Both the position numbers and the translations under genes were made by a program. Shown in pieces: positions 9,384 through 18,848 of a DNA stretch of 64,000 nt; the first letter of the stretch is position 1; every line of letters begins with the position of its first letter. The notes beneath the pieces were generated by a model. It searched no databases, had not been told where the DNA came from, and worked only from the letters and a program-made list of their open reading frames with translations. The DNA is from an uncultured Phycisphaerales bacterium (GTDB taxonomy: Bacteria; Planctomycetota; Phycisphaerae; Sedimentisphaerales; Anaerobacaceae), in contig OY970359.1 in assembly GCA_963718665.1 (NCBI GenBank), positions 672,001 to 736,000 on the forward strand. Reading direction: 5' to 3'.

Positions 9384-9503
9384 ATGTGTCAGACCTGCGG
9401 ATGTTCGCCCTGCGAGCTATGCGGGGCGCCGATAGAGGACGGGGTTTGCAGCGGTTGCGGCGAGCCGGCGGAAGAATGTGTCTGCATACCAAAGAAAGAA
9501 TAA
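9384..9503 (+). CDS. 39-aa Cys-rich microprotein (metal-binding / metallothionein-like candidate); not in the ORF track
   Basis: Translated by hand: MCQTCGCSPCELCGAPIEDGVCSGCGEPAEECVCIPKKE*. AAGGA RBS at 9371-9375; 20 nt after the previous stop. Confidence 0.75.
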   Translation: MCQTCGCSPCELCGAPIEDGVCSGCGEPAEECVCIPKKE

Positions 9504-9505
9504 GC

Positions 9506-9602
9506 TTATTGATTATTGATGAGTGATTATTGATACTGCAAACACTCAACAGATGGAATATACGTTTTCAAATTATCAATAATCAATAACCAATTATCAA
9601 TT
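9506..9602. repeat. Head-to-head heptamer arrays (TTATTGA)n ... (TCAATAA)n
   Basis: ttattgattattgat...gattattgat, then aattatcaataatcaataaccaattatcaat. Confidence 0.75.
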
Positions 9603-9606
9603 TCAT

Positions 9607-9635
9607 TGACAGTAGTCCCGCTAAAAGTTACCTTA
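9607..9635 (+). promoter_or_regulatory. Sigma-70-type promoter for pheT
   Basis: TTGACA-17 nt-TACCTT just upstream of the ATG at 9644. Confidence 0.5.
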
Positions 9636-9643
9636 TTTGACTT

Positions 9644-11656
9644 ATGAAAGTTCTATTAAGCTGGCTTAAGGATTATGTTGATATCGAGCTGTCGGCGCAG
9701 GAGGTCGCGGAGATTCTAAGCAATCGCGGATTCCCATACGAGGGTATCGAGCAACTCGATAATGACACGGTAATCGACGTTGAGGTAACGAGCAACCGGG
9801 GCGATTGCCTTGGGTATATCGGCATCGCGCGTGAGCTTGCCGCAGCGACGGGCAAAGAATTGAAACTGCCGAAGGTTGAACTTGCGGAATCATCGAAGCC
9901 GGCGTCGGAATTCGCGAGCGTTGAGATTCGCGAGCCGGGATTGTGCCAGCGTTATACGGCGAGAATTATCGAGGGGGTTAAGGTTGGGCCGACGCCTGAC
10001 TGGATGCGCAAACGGCTTGAGGCGATTGGGATGCGGAGCGTTAATAACGTTGTTGACGCGACGAACTACGCGATGATGGAGACGGGACAGCCGCCGCACG
10101 CGTTTGATTACAAGAAATTATTCGGCGGCAAAATTATCGTTCGCAAAGCACAAGCAGGCGAGCAAATCATCAGTATCGACGGCTCGAAATGCGAATTGAC
10201 TTCCGATATGCTCGTAATCGCCGACTCGAAATATCCGGTCGCGGTGGCGGGTGTTATGGGAGGACTTGATACGGAAGTAAGCGACGCGACAACAACGATA
10301 CTGCTTGAGGACGCATTTTTCTCGCCGTTGAGCGTACGGACGACATCTCGCAATTTGTCGCTGCCATCGGAGGCGGCGTTTCGGTTTTGCAGAATCGTAG
10401 ATATCGAGAATATCGACTGGGCATCGAAGCGAACCGCTCAACTGATGATTCAGGTATCGAGCGGCAAAGCAGCGAAAGGCGTTATCGACGCGTACCCGGG
10501 AAAGCCAAAACCAAAACAGGCGATGCTGCGTTTGGCGCGATTGAAAAAGCTGCTTGGTATCGATGTGCCGAATAACACGGTAATCCAGATTCTGACAAGA
10601 TTAGGTTTCCAGCCAAAGCAAAACGGCGAGCAGATAACCTGCTCGGTGCCGACGTGGCGAAACGATGTTTACCGCGAGGCGGATTTGATTGAGGAGGTCG
10701 CCCGCGTATATGGTTACGACAAAATACCGACGGAAAACGCGATAACGATTGAGGTTTCGCCGACCGATACCCGCAAGAAAACAATCGACGCGATAGGGAC
10801 ATACCTTACGGGATGCGGATTTTACGAGACGGTAACAATCAGCTTTATCGACAGCAGGGACGCGGAGCTGTTCGCTCAAAACGAAGATAAACGGCATTTA
10901 TCAGTCAAGGACGTTACGAGAACCGGGACGAATCTTCTCAGGCAAAGTGTTTTGCCTTCGCTGTTCGGCGTAATCAAAACCAATCACAACGTAGGCAACA
11001 CCCCCTGCCGGCTCTTTGAGATAGCAGACACCTATACACCAGCACAAGCAGGAAAGTTACCCGTTGAAAAGACACGTCTGACGATTACCTGCGACAGCGA
11101 TTTCAGGGACATCAAGGGCGTTGTCGATGGCTTGCTGAAAACAATAGCGGCAGATGCAGTTGTCAAATTTGAGCCAACGGAAATCAACTGGGCACAGGCG
11201 GGCGTAAAAGTCCTCGCCAATAACAAGCAGGTCGGCTTAGTCGGAATGGCATCGCAGCAAGTCCTTGACAGATTCGACTTCAAAAACACAACAATCTGCG
11301 GAGCGGAATTGGACCTCGAAGGATTACTTTCACTTCGGGCCGGCGTAGTAAAGGTTAAGCCATTATCCAAATTCCCCGCGATAAAACGAGACCTTTCGCT
11401 ATTGGTAAACGAGGACGTTGTCTGGGCGGATATCGAAGCCGGCGTAAACAAGAAGGCCCCTGCTGAATTAGAGGAATTGCAGTTTGTGGATATATTCCGC
11501 GGCAAAAGCATACCCGAAGGCAAAAAGAGCGTAACGCTTTCGTTATGGTTCCGCGACGCCGATGGCACACTGACCCACGAAGCCGTCGATGGCTTCCAGA
11601 CCAACATTCTGAAATCGCTGACCGAATCCATTGGCGCAGAATTAAGAACCGCGTAA
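9644..11656 (+). CDS. pheT: Phenylalanine--tRNA ligase beta subunit (short form lacking the B2/OB domain)
   Basis: MKVLLSWLKDYV, VTSNRGDCL, NNVVDATNY, GQPPHAFD, READLIEEVAR, FPAIKRDLS. Confidence 0.96.
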   Translation: MKVLLSWLKDYVDIELSAQEVAEILSNRGFPYEGIEQLDNDTVIDVEVTSNRGDCLGYIGIARELAAATGKELKLPKVELAESSKPASEFASVEIREPGLCQRYTARIIEGVKVGPTPDWMRKRLEAIGMRSVNNVVDATNYAMMETGQPPHAFDYKKLFGGKIIVRKAQAGEQIISIDGSKCELTSDMLVIADSKYPVAVAGVMGGLDTEVSDATTTILLEDAFFSPLSVRTTSRNLSLPSEAAFRFCRIVDIENIDWASKRTAQLMIQVSSGKAAKGVIDAYPGKPKPKQAMLRLARLKKLLGIDVPNNTVIQILTRLGFQPKQNGEQITCSVPTWRNDVYREADLIEEVARVYGYDKIPTENAITIEVSPTDTRKKTIDAIGTYLTGCGFYETVTISFIDSRDAELFAQNEDKRHLSVKDVTRTGTNLLRQSVLPSLFGVIKTNHNVGNTPCRLFEIADTYTPAQAGKLPVEKTRLTITCDSDFRDIKGVVDGLLKTIAADAVVKFEPTEINWAQAGVKVLANNKQVGLVGMASQQVLDRFDFKNTTICGAELDLEGLLSLRAGVVKVKPLSKFPAIKRDLSLLVNEDVVWADIEAGVNKKAPAELEELQFVDIFRGKSIPEGKKSVTLSLWFRDADGTLTHEAVDGFQTNILKSLTESIGAELRTA

Positions 11657-11985
11657 CTTCCAAAATCACCACAAAAAGATTTTACTGCAGAGACCGCAGT
11701 TGTTCATTGTTGTTCTTAGTTGTTCCTTGTTGTTGCACACTGTTGACGTGAGCATCTTCAGGCGTCTTTTCTAAACTCATCTGAAATCACAGCAACTCAA
11801 CACCAGCATTTCAAAGGGTTTAACGTCAGGTAAAAATTCCTTTGGAGAAATTATCAAGTGAAAGCCGATTCATTCTGCGCAGACCCGATAGAATCGGGCC
11901 TGCTACGAAGAATGAAATAGGCGAAGAAGGTAGTTACAAGGTCCGAAAAAAGCAGACGCGACAAGTTAATAAGGGGCGATTTTGC

Positions 11986-12014
11986 TTGCCTTTTTCTTTG
12001 AAAAAACGTATAAG
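11986..12014 (+). promoter_or_regulatory. Sigma-70 promoter of the 6S RNA candidate
   Basis: TTGCCT (11986-11991)-17 nt-TATAAG (12009-12014). Confidence 0.6.
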
Positions 12015-12023
12015 TAAATATAG

Positions 12024-12212
12024 CAGGCACCCCTGCGGTGTTTGGTATAGAAAGCCATATTTGAAAAAACCGATACCCTTAACCCTGGGAAATCAGGCCT
12101 TGAGGCCCGAAAACGCCTATTGAACTTGGACTTTCGGACACAAGCAACGATTGCCCACCTGAAATTAATGGGTCTTTCCAATTCGCTTTCTTACGGCATC
12201 TGCGGAGGTAAA
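12024..12212 (+). ncRNA. ssrS: 6S RNA
   Basis: About 190 nt. The 5' arm CCCTGCGGTGTTTGGTATAGAAAGC pairs with the 3' arm GCTTTCTTACGGCATCTGCGGAGG; A-rich central bubble; GCCCACCTG segment; located after pheT with its own promoter and terminator. Confidence 0.78.
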
Positions 12213-12225
12213 ACCTCCTAGAGAG

Positions 12226-12255
12226 AAGGGCCTGTTTACAACAGGCCCTTTTTTT
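12226..12255 (+). terminator. Rho-independent terminator
   Basis: AAGGGCCTGTT-TAC-AACAGGCCCTT followed by a T run. Confidence 0.85.
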
Positions 12256-12431
12256 GTCCCCTACAAGGCATCGGAGGGTGTATTTCAGGGTTTTTAGCGT
12301 TAAGCGGGGGTGTATTTTGGCCGATTATATGGGGGGTGTAAGTGTTTACGCTAATTAGCTTTATGGGACGGTCGGCGGGGTAAACCCCGCCCTACAACTG
12401 AAATGAAAAAGAGTTGCAACGCTGAGAAGAG

Positions 12432-15056
12432 GTGAAAATGCTTAAGATTCGTAACTACACGGTCCTGCCGGCGCTGCCTGAGGCTTTGACTGACCTTCAG
12501 GCAATCGCGGTAAACCTGTTCTGGTCATGGAACCCTGAATCTATTGATTTATTTTCGCGGATTGACCCGGCACTGTGGCAGAGCTGCGGGCATAATCCGG
12601 TCAAGCTGTTAGGCAGCGTTCCACAGGAACGGCTCAACGCGCTGGCGGAAAACCAAGGATTTATCGCTGAATTGAAAAAGGCGTCGGAGAAACTTCAATC
12701 ATATCTCGAAGGGCCGACGTGGTTTGATTCGGTATGTCCCGAATCGACGAAAATGACGCTGGCGTATTTCAGTGCGGAGTTCGGGATTCACGAATGTCTG
12801 CCGATTTACGCGGGCGGCCTGGGGATACTCGCGGGCGACCATATCAAAAGCGCATCGGACCTCGGTATCCCGTTAGTCGGCGTGGGGCTGATGTATCAAA
12901 AGGGTTATTTCCGTCAGTATCTCAACGTTGACGGCTGGCAGCAGGAGGCATACGTTGAGAACGACCTTTATAATATGCCGCTTGAACTGGTGCGCGGCAA
13001 AGACGGGCAGCCGTTGACAATCAGCGTGGAGTACCCGGGCAGAGCGGTATTCGCCCAGATATGGCTCTGCTCGGTGGGACGCACCAAGTTATATATGTTA
13101 GACACAAACCTGCCGAATAATTCCGCGACCGATCGGATGATTACGACGACGGTTTACGGCGGCGATACGGAGATGAGAATTCGCCAGGAACTTATGATGG
13201 GCATCGGCGGTATGCGTGCGCTTTACGCGATGGGCATCAAGCCGACGGTATGCCATCTTAACGAAGGACACACCGCATTTTCAGCTCTCGAACGAATGCG
13301 ATACATAATGAACGAGACAAAAGTATCCTTTGACGAGGCGTTCGAGGCAGTAAAGGCAGGGACAATTTTCACGGTGCATACGCCGGTCAGGGCCGGTGTT
13401 GACGAATTCAGCACGGAGCTGATGCACAAATACTTCGACAGTTATGCGCCATCGCTTGGAATAGACGCGAGACGGCTGATTTCCTTAGGCAGGATACTGC
13501 CGGATGACGAGGGCGAACCGTTCAAGATGCCTGTGCTGGCGATACGGGCCAGCAGTTACGCAAACGGCGTCAGCGAGCTGCACGGGCAGGTATCGCGCGA
13601 GATATGGTCGTGCCTGTGGAGAAGGGTTCCGACAAACGAGATTCCCATATCGTCAATCACCAACGGCGTGCACACAAGAAGCTGGCTTTCGGAGGAAATA
13701 GGCCGGCTGTATGAAAGATACATGGGACCAAACTGGGCGGATGAAAAAGTCGATTCGCCGGTATGGAACAATGTTGAGCAGATATCCGACGAGGAGTTCT
13801 GGAGATGTCATCAGCGATGCAAGGAACGGCTGATAGCGTTTGCCCGCAGGCGTCTGAAGGCGCAGATGGAAAGAAGAGGGACGTATCACAGCGAGCTAAA
13901 CCAGGCGGAAGAAATGCTCGACCCGGAGACATTGACAATCGGTTTCGCGAGACGTTTCGCGACGTATAAGAGGGCAACTTTGCTGTTCAGAGACCCCGAC
14001 CGACTGGCGAAAATGCTGACCGACACCAAAAGGCCGGTGCAGTTCATATTCGCGGGCAAGGCGCATCCGCGGGACAGCGAGGGCAAAGACCTTATCCGTG
14101 AAATCATGCATTTTGCGGAGAAGTTCGACGTAAGACGCCGGATAGTATTCCTCGAAGATTACGACATCAACGTCGCCAAGATGTTAGTGCAGGGCGTTGA
14201 CGTATGGCTGAATAACCCGAGAAGGCCGCTGGAAGCGAGCGGGACAAGCGGAATGAAGGCGGCGATAAACGGCGTGCTGAATATGAGCACGCTTGACGGG
14301 TGGTGGTGCGAGGGCTACAAACCCGATAACGGCTGGGCAATCGGCTCAGGCGAGGTATATGACGACGCCAACTACCAGGATACGATCGAGGCACAGGCGA
14401 TTTATAATATGTTCGAAAATGAAGTTGTGCCTCTGTACTATACCCGCTCGGCAGACAATCTGCCGCGGGCGTGGATATACCGTGCGAGAAAATCGATGAG
14501 ACGACTGACGCCCCAGTTCTGCACATCAAGAATGGTAAGCGAATATACGCAGCGATGCTATCTGCCCGCGCAGGCAAGATGGGACTATATGGTCAGTGAC
14601 AATATGAGCAGGGCAAAAACCCTTGCCTCGTGGAAGGCAAATACGCAGAGGGCGTGGTCGGAGCTGTTTATTAAAGACGTGAACGTGGAGATGGGCAACG
14701 GCGAAGGCGGAAATGCACTGGACGCCCAAAATCCGCAGCTAAAAGTCGGCTCAAAGCTTAAGGTTAACGCCGTCGTCAAGCTCGGCAGATTAAAACCGGA
14801 TGACATTTCGGTAGAACTATATCACGGCCCGCTGGACTCCCGCGGCAATATCATCGATGGGGAAGTAATCCAGATGGATTACAAAAAATCCACAGGCGTT
14901 GACAACGAGCATTTGTTCTGCGGGCTGACGCCCTGCTGTGCTTCAGGACGCAGAGGCATAGCGGTGCGAGTTGTTCCGAAAAACAAGGATTTGGCAACGG
15001 CTCACGAGCTTGGGCTGGTTCTGTGGGAATCACATACCGAACAGGGTAACGAGTAG
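12432..15056 (+). CDS. glgP: Alpha-glucan (glycogen) phosphorylase
   Basis: AYFSAEFG, YAGGLGILAGD, GFARRFATYKR, GKAHPRD, EASGTSGMKA. Confidence 0.96.
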   Translation: MKMLKIRNYTVLPALPEALTDLQAIAVNLFWSWNPESIDLFSRIDPALWQSCGHNPVKLLGSVPQERLNALAENQGFIAELKKASEKLQSYLEGPTWFDSVCPESTKMTLAYFSAEFGIHECLPIYAGGLGILAGDHIKSASDLGIPLVGVGLMYQKGYFRQYLNVDGWQQEAYVENDLYNMPLELVRGKDGQPLTISVEYPGRAVFAQIWLCSVGRTKLYMLDTNLPNNSATDRMITTTVYGGDTEMRIRQELMMGIGGMRALYAMGIKPTVCHLNEGHTAFSALERMRYIMNETKVSFDEAFEAVKAGTIFTVHTPVRAGVDEFSTELMHKYFDSYAPSLGIDARRLISLGRILPDDEGEPFKMPVLAIRASSYANGVSELHGQVSREIWSCLWRRVPTNEIPISSITNGVHTRSWLSEEIGRLYERYMGPNWADEKVDSPVWNNVEQISDEEFWRCHQRCKERLIAFARRRLKAQMERRGTYHSELNQAEEMLDPETLTIGFARRFATYKRATLLFRDPDRLAKMLTDTKRPVQFIFAGKAHPRDSEGKDLIREIMHFAEKFDVRRRIVFLEDYDINVAKMLVQGVDVWLNNPRRPLEASGTSGMKAAINGVLNMSTLDGWWCEGYKPDNGWAIGSGEVYDDANYQDTIEAQAIYNMFENEVVPLYYTRSADNLPRAWIYRARKSMRRLTPQFCTSRMVSEYTQRCYLPAQARWDYMVSDNMSRAKTLASWKANTQRAWSELFIKDVNVEMGNGEGGNALDAQNPQLKVGSKLKVNAVVKLGRLKPDDISVELYHGPLDSRGNIIDGEVIQMDYKKSTGVDNEHLFCGLTPCCASGRRGIAVRVVPKNKDLATAHELGLVLWESHTEQGNE

Positions 15057-15070
15057 CCGACGAAACTAAT

Positions 15071-15529
15071 TTACTCGTTTTCCTTGTTGGCGAAAAGCTC
15101 GCAAACCTCATTGGCGGAAGAGGCCTTCTGGAGCTTGTTCCTGAACGCCTCATCGAGCATCAATCGGCTTATACGGGCAAGCGCCTGAATATGCGGGCCT
15201 GTCTGGTCAAGTGGCGATAACAGCAGGATGACGATACTCACGGGCTTGTTGTCAACACTGTCAAAATCGATGGGCTGCGCGGCAATTCCCAGAGCAATCA
15301 CCAGCTCCTTTACAGCGTTGCATTTGCCGTGGGGAATCGCTATGCCGGAACCGATGCCTGTGCTTCTGACCTGCTCACGATTGAGAACGGCCTGGAGAGC
15401 AACATCTCTATTCAGCAGCAATTTGCCGGTGTCAAGGAGATTGACAAGCTCCGTTATGACCGACTGCTTATCCTTGCCCACGAGGGGCACCTTTACTAAA
15501 CTCGGCTGTAAAATCTGTGAAAGAATCAT
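15071..15529 (-). CDS. PTS EIIA type-2 (Ntr/fructose-like) protein
   Basis: REQVRSTGIGSGIAIPHG, DFDSVDNKPV, HIQALARISR; start taken at MILSQ. Confidence 0.9.
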   Translation of the reverse strand: MILSQILQPSLVKVPLVGKDKQSVITELVNLLDTGKLLLNRDVALQAVLNREQVRSTGIGSGIAIPHGKCNAVKELVIALGIAAQPIDFDSVDNKPVSIVILLLSPLDQTGPHIQALARISRLMLDEAFRNKLQKASSANEVCELFANKENE

Positions 15530-15724
15530 TTTTACCGCCCATAAACAGATTATATTACCCAAACGTCCCGAAGGGGGGAATAATACCAACTCAAAAGCCA
15601 TAATGCAACAAGCAACCTGTTATTTTGAGCAACCTTATGCAAATTTTTACAGGGCATTCGCGTCGCAAATCACCCGCTTATCGCCCTTTACATATCGACG
15701 AGGGGGGGCTAAAATAAAGCCGCT

Positions 15725-17287
15725 ATGGAAAAAATAAAAATATACGATACGACACTGCGAGACGGGATGCAGACCGAGGGAATCAGTTTTTCTCTTGAAG
15801 ACAAGTTGGCCATCGCCGGATGTCTTGACGAACTCGGCGTGGACTACATCGAGGGCGGTTATCCAGCATCGGGTCCAAAAGACACGCAGTTTTTCGCGGA
15901 GGTTGCGAAACTGGGTCTGCGGAACAGCAAAATAGCCGCATTCGGCAGTACACGCAGAATCGACAACAAGGCGGAAGACGATACCTCTCTTAACGCGATT
16001 GTTTCCTGCAAGGCCCCCGCCGCAACCATCGTGGGAAAGACCTGGGATTTGCACGTTACAAAAGTTCTCAACTGTTCGCTTGAGGACAATATCACGGTAT
16101 GCGCCGACTCGGTGAAATACCTTAAAAAGCACGGTCTTGAGACGATTTTCGACGCCGAGCATTTTTACGACGGCTACAAGGAAAATCCTGAGTACGCCCT
16201 GAAGGTGCTGCGGGCAGTGGCTGAGGCGGGAATCGACGCGATTGCGCTTTGCGACACCAACGGCGGCACACTGCCGAACGAGATTTATGAAATCACCAAA
16301 ACCATTTACGGACAGTTAAAGCCCCTGACTATCGGCATCCACACTCATAATGACAATGACTGCGCAATCGCCGGCTCGCTGGCGGCAGTCCACGCGGGCG
16401 CAAGGCAGGTCCAGGGGACAATCAACGGGCTTGGCGAACGCTGCGGCAACGCAAATTTGTGCACGGTTATCCCAAACCTGGCGTTTAAGATGGGCTTTGA
16501 CGTGCTGACGCCGGAAAAAATCAAGTCAATAACCGAAGTGTCGCGTTTTGTCTTCGAGATTTGCAACCTGACGCCGGTAACGAATATGCCATACGTGGGC
16601 GAAAGCGCATTCGCCCACAAGGCGGGGCTGCACGTTGACGCCCTGCGAAAAAACAAACGAACATACGAACACGTTGACCCGGCACTGGTCGGCAACGAGA
16701 GACGATTCCTTATCAGTGAGCTTAGCGGCAAATCAAATATCCTCGCGGAGCTGGAAAAAGCGAAAATAACCGAAGACAAAAAGCTGGCGAAAAAAATTCT
16801 CGAACGCGTGCAGAACCTCGAAAACGAGGGTTATCAATTTGAGGCGGCCAACGCGAGTTTCGAGCTGCTCGTGCAGAAGATTATGGGGACATATAAGCCG
16901 GCTTTCGAGCTTATCAGGTACGCCACGAAAGTCGAGAAACGCAATACCGGCGAGCTTATCACCGAAGCTACGGTCAAGCTGAAAATCGGCGAACAGGTTG
17001 AGCACGTGGTCGGCGAAGGCGACGGCCCGGTTGACGCACTCGACGCGGCGCTGCGAAAATCGCTTGAGAACTTCTACCCCGCAATAAAGGATATGCACCT
17101 TGTTGATTACAAGGTCCGCGTTGTCAACGGCCGTGAAGGAACTGCCGCCCGCGTCCGCGTAATTATCGAATCGCGAGACAAGAAAGATATCTGGGGGACC
17201 GTCGGTGTATCGGAGAACATCATCGAGGCGTCATGGCAGGCGCTCGTTGACTCGGTCGAATACAAGCTCCAGAAGGACCTTCGATAG
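15725..17287 (+). CDS. cimA: Citramalate synthase
   Basis: YDTTLRDGMQ, IEGGYPAS, FDAEHFYDG, HTHND, GERCGNANL, AFAHKAGLH, WGTVGVSENIIEAS. Confidence 0.92.
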   Translation: MEKIKIYDTTLRDGMQTEGISFSLEDKLAIAGCLDELGVDYIEGGYPASGPKDTQFFAEVAKLGLRNSKIAAFGSTRRIDNKAEDDTSLNAIVSCKAPAATIVGKTWDLHVTKVLNCSLEDNITVCADSVKYLKKHGLETIFDAEHFYDGYKENPEYALKVLRAVAEAGIDAIALCDTNGGTLPNEIYEITKTIYGQLKPLTIGIHTHNDNDCAIAGSLAAVHAGARQVQGTINGLGERCGNANLCTVIPNLAFKMGFDVLTPEKIKSITEVSRFVFEICNLTPVTNMPYVGESAFAHKAGLHVDALRKNKRTYEHVDPALVGNERRFLISELSGKSNILAELEKAKITEDKKLAKKILERVQNLENEGYQFEAANASFELLVQKIMGTYKPAFELIRYATKVEKRNTGELITEATVKLKIGEQVEHVVGEGDGPVDALDAALRKSLENFYPAIKDMHLVDYKVRVVNGREGTAARVRVIIESRDKKDIWGTVGVSENIIEASWQALVDSVEYKLQKDLR

Positions 17288-17316
17288 TATTATATCGACC
17301 CGCTTTGGCTAATTCA

Positions 17317-18052
17317 TCAGGCAACGATTTTTGCATCGGCCTGTTGCGTCTCGGCAGGCGTATCCATTCTTTTTCTTTTCCTGCGGTTTATGGTTCGCGA
17401 TATCTGCTCGACGGGTATTGAGCCGGTGGCCATTTCCAGCGCTTGTTCGGCTGTCGCGGCGAAGGCATCCGCGCCGATTTCCTGCCACAACCCTTCCGCA
17501 CGGTTGAACAATCCGCCTGAGACCATAATTTGCATATTCGGATTTGCGCTAACGTCTTTTATGCGGTCGATAAGCTGACGAATGGAAGGCGCCTGCCTGG
17601 GGCTTGTGCCGTAAACCAGTAATACATCGGGAGAGTATTCGTGGATGTAGGTAAGGATATCGTCATTGGTAAGTCCGCCGCCGAGGAAGCGCACGTCCCA
17701 GCCGTCGCTTTCGAAGAGGTCAGCGATAATCTGGCCGCCAAGCTCCTGCAACTCATCCGGCGCAGCATACCGCGATTTTTTTGTTTCGGGCCTGCCTTCG
17801 CGGCAGCTTGTTCTGCAACTGGTCAACTATTGTGCGACTGATTCTTGTGGCTAAGTGTTCCTGTGCGAGGGTTATCCGCTCGGCCCTTAACAGCCGTTCA
17901 ATCTCGACCATTGTGGGCCAGACAACCTCCATATAGACAAGATTAGTGGGCGTTCCGCTCTGCAGCGTCTCTTCGATGACTAACCGGGAATTTCTTCTAT
18001 CCCCTCTTAAAAGGGAATCCAGATACCTCTCGACGATTTCCTCTCTAATCAT
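17317..18052 (-). CDS. Cobalamin B12-binding domain protein (cap + Rossmann domain), frameshifted near 17762
   Basis: Cap domain (ITLAQEHLAT) in ORF 17753-18124; Rossmann part (ELGGQIIADLFESDGWDVRFLG, IMVSGG, IGADAFA) in ORF 17317-17826. Adding GC joins them as VCCAPDEL. Confidence 0.8.
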
Positions 18053-18337
18053 AATCTTTCTCCAAATATTTTGTCTGCCACAATCTTTGCCCATTTCAAC
18101 ATCAGCGGGACTCCAAAATCCCAAAATGTTAATATGGGTAATATATGAATCGGAAATGGCACTTAAAATTCTTTAGTTAAAATGGGTAATCTACGTAATT
18201 AAGGAAATATATAAAGGCGAGTTTTAACAGGCGTGAACCATTTTAGACCAATCATTGTGCAATCAAGCCGATATTATAGGGCTTTCTCGGCAAAACAATA
18301 GTAGCCGGATTTTTTTGCTTTGGTGTGAAAATTTAAT

Positions 18338-18796
18338 CTAACTATTTTCGACGTCAGGCCCCTGCCCCGTATCCGGAGGCGTGTGCGGCGGCGGATGGGG
18401 CATATTAACCTGTCTGCAAACGACCGACCGTTCGCCAAGCATAGTGTCGTTGGCAAACAACTGGAAACGATATTCGCCTGTGTGCTGAAAAACCACACCC
18501 ATCAGGTTAATCGCAACGGTTACGATTTGCCTGACATCCTTGAAATCCACGGGCTGGCCCTGCTCGAAGATGACCTTGTCCTGGTTATCTATATCGACGA
18601 GGCGAATCTTAAGGCGGGTAACGCCGTGGCCGTTGGTCATCTCGCAGAAAAATATGAGCTGGTCGTGGCGCACGGGGTACCTGGGGGCGTTGATGGTTTG
18701 AATAATGTTTATGATGCTGGGCATTCCCGATATGCGGTCGAAAATCACCCTGTCGCAGACAATAACGGAAAGCAGAATCGGAGCAACCTCATCCAT
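18338..18796 (-). CDS. Conserved hypothetical beta-sandwich protein (DUF6941-like)
   Basis: 152 aa; LLSVIVCDRVI and GEYRFQLFAND pattern. Confidence 0.65.
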   Translation of the reverse strand: MDEVAPILLSVIVCDRVIFDRISGMPSIINIIQTINAPRYPVRHDQLIFFCEMTNGHGVTRLKIRLVDIDNQDKVIFEQGQPVDFKDVRQIVTVAINLMGVVFQHTGEYRFQLFANDTMLGERSVVCRQVNMPHPPPHTPPDTGQGPDVENS

Positions 18797-18848
18797 TTTG
18801 AATCAATCCCTTCGTGCAAAGACGATATTAAAAAAATTATCCTGGTTT

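Noticed and set aside
11842..12181. ORFs 11842-12123 (+) and 11966-12181 (-)
   Set aside because: They overlap the 6S RNA candidate and its promoter and show no protein-like features.
12371..12403. Third Bro-N-type cassette (ends in ACAACTGAAA)
   Set aside because: The upstream part is a REP hairpin (GGCGGGGTAAACCCCGCCCTAC) and is far from the Bro-N gene; the match is probably coincidental.
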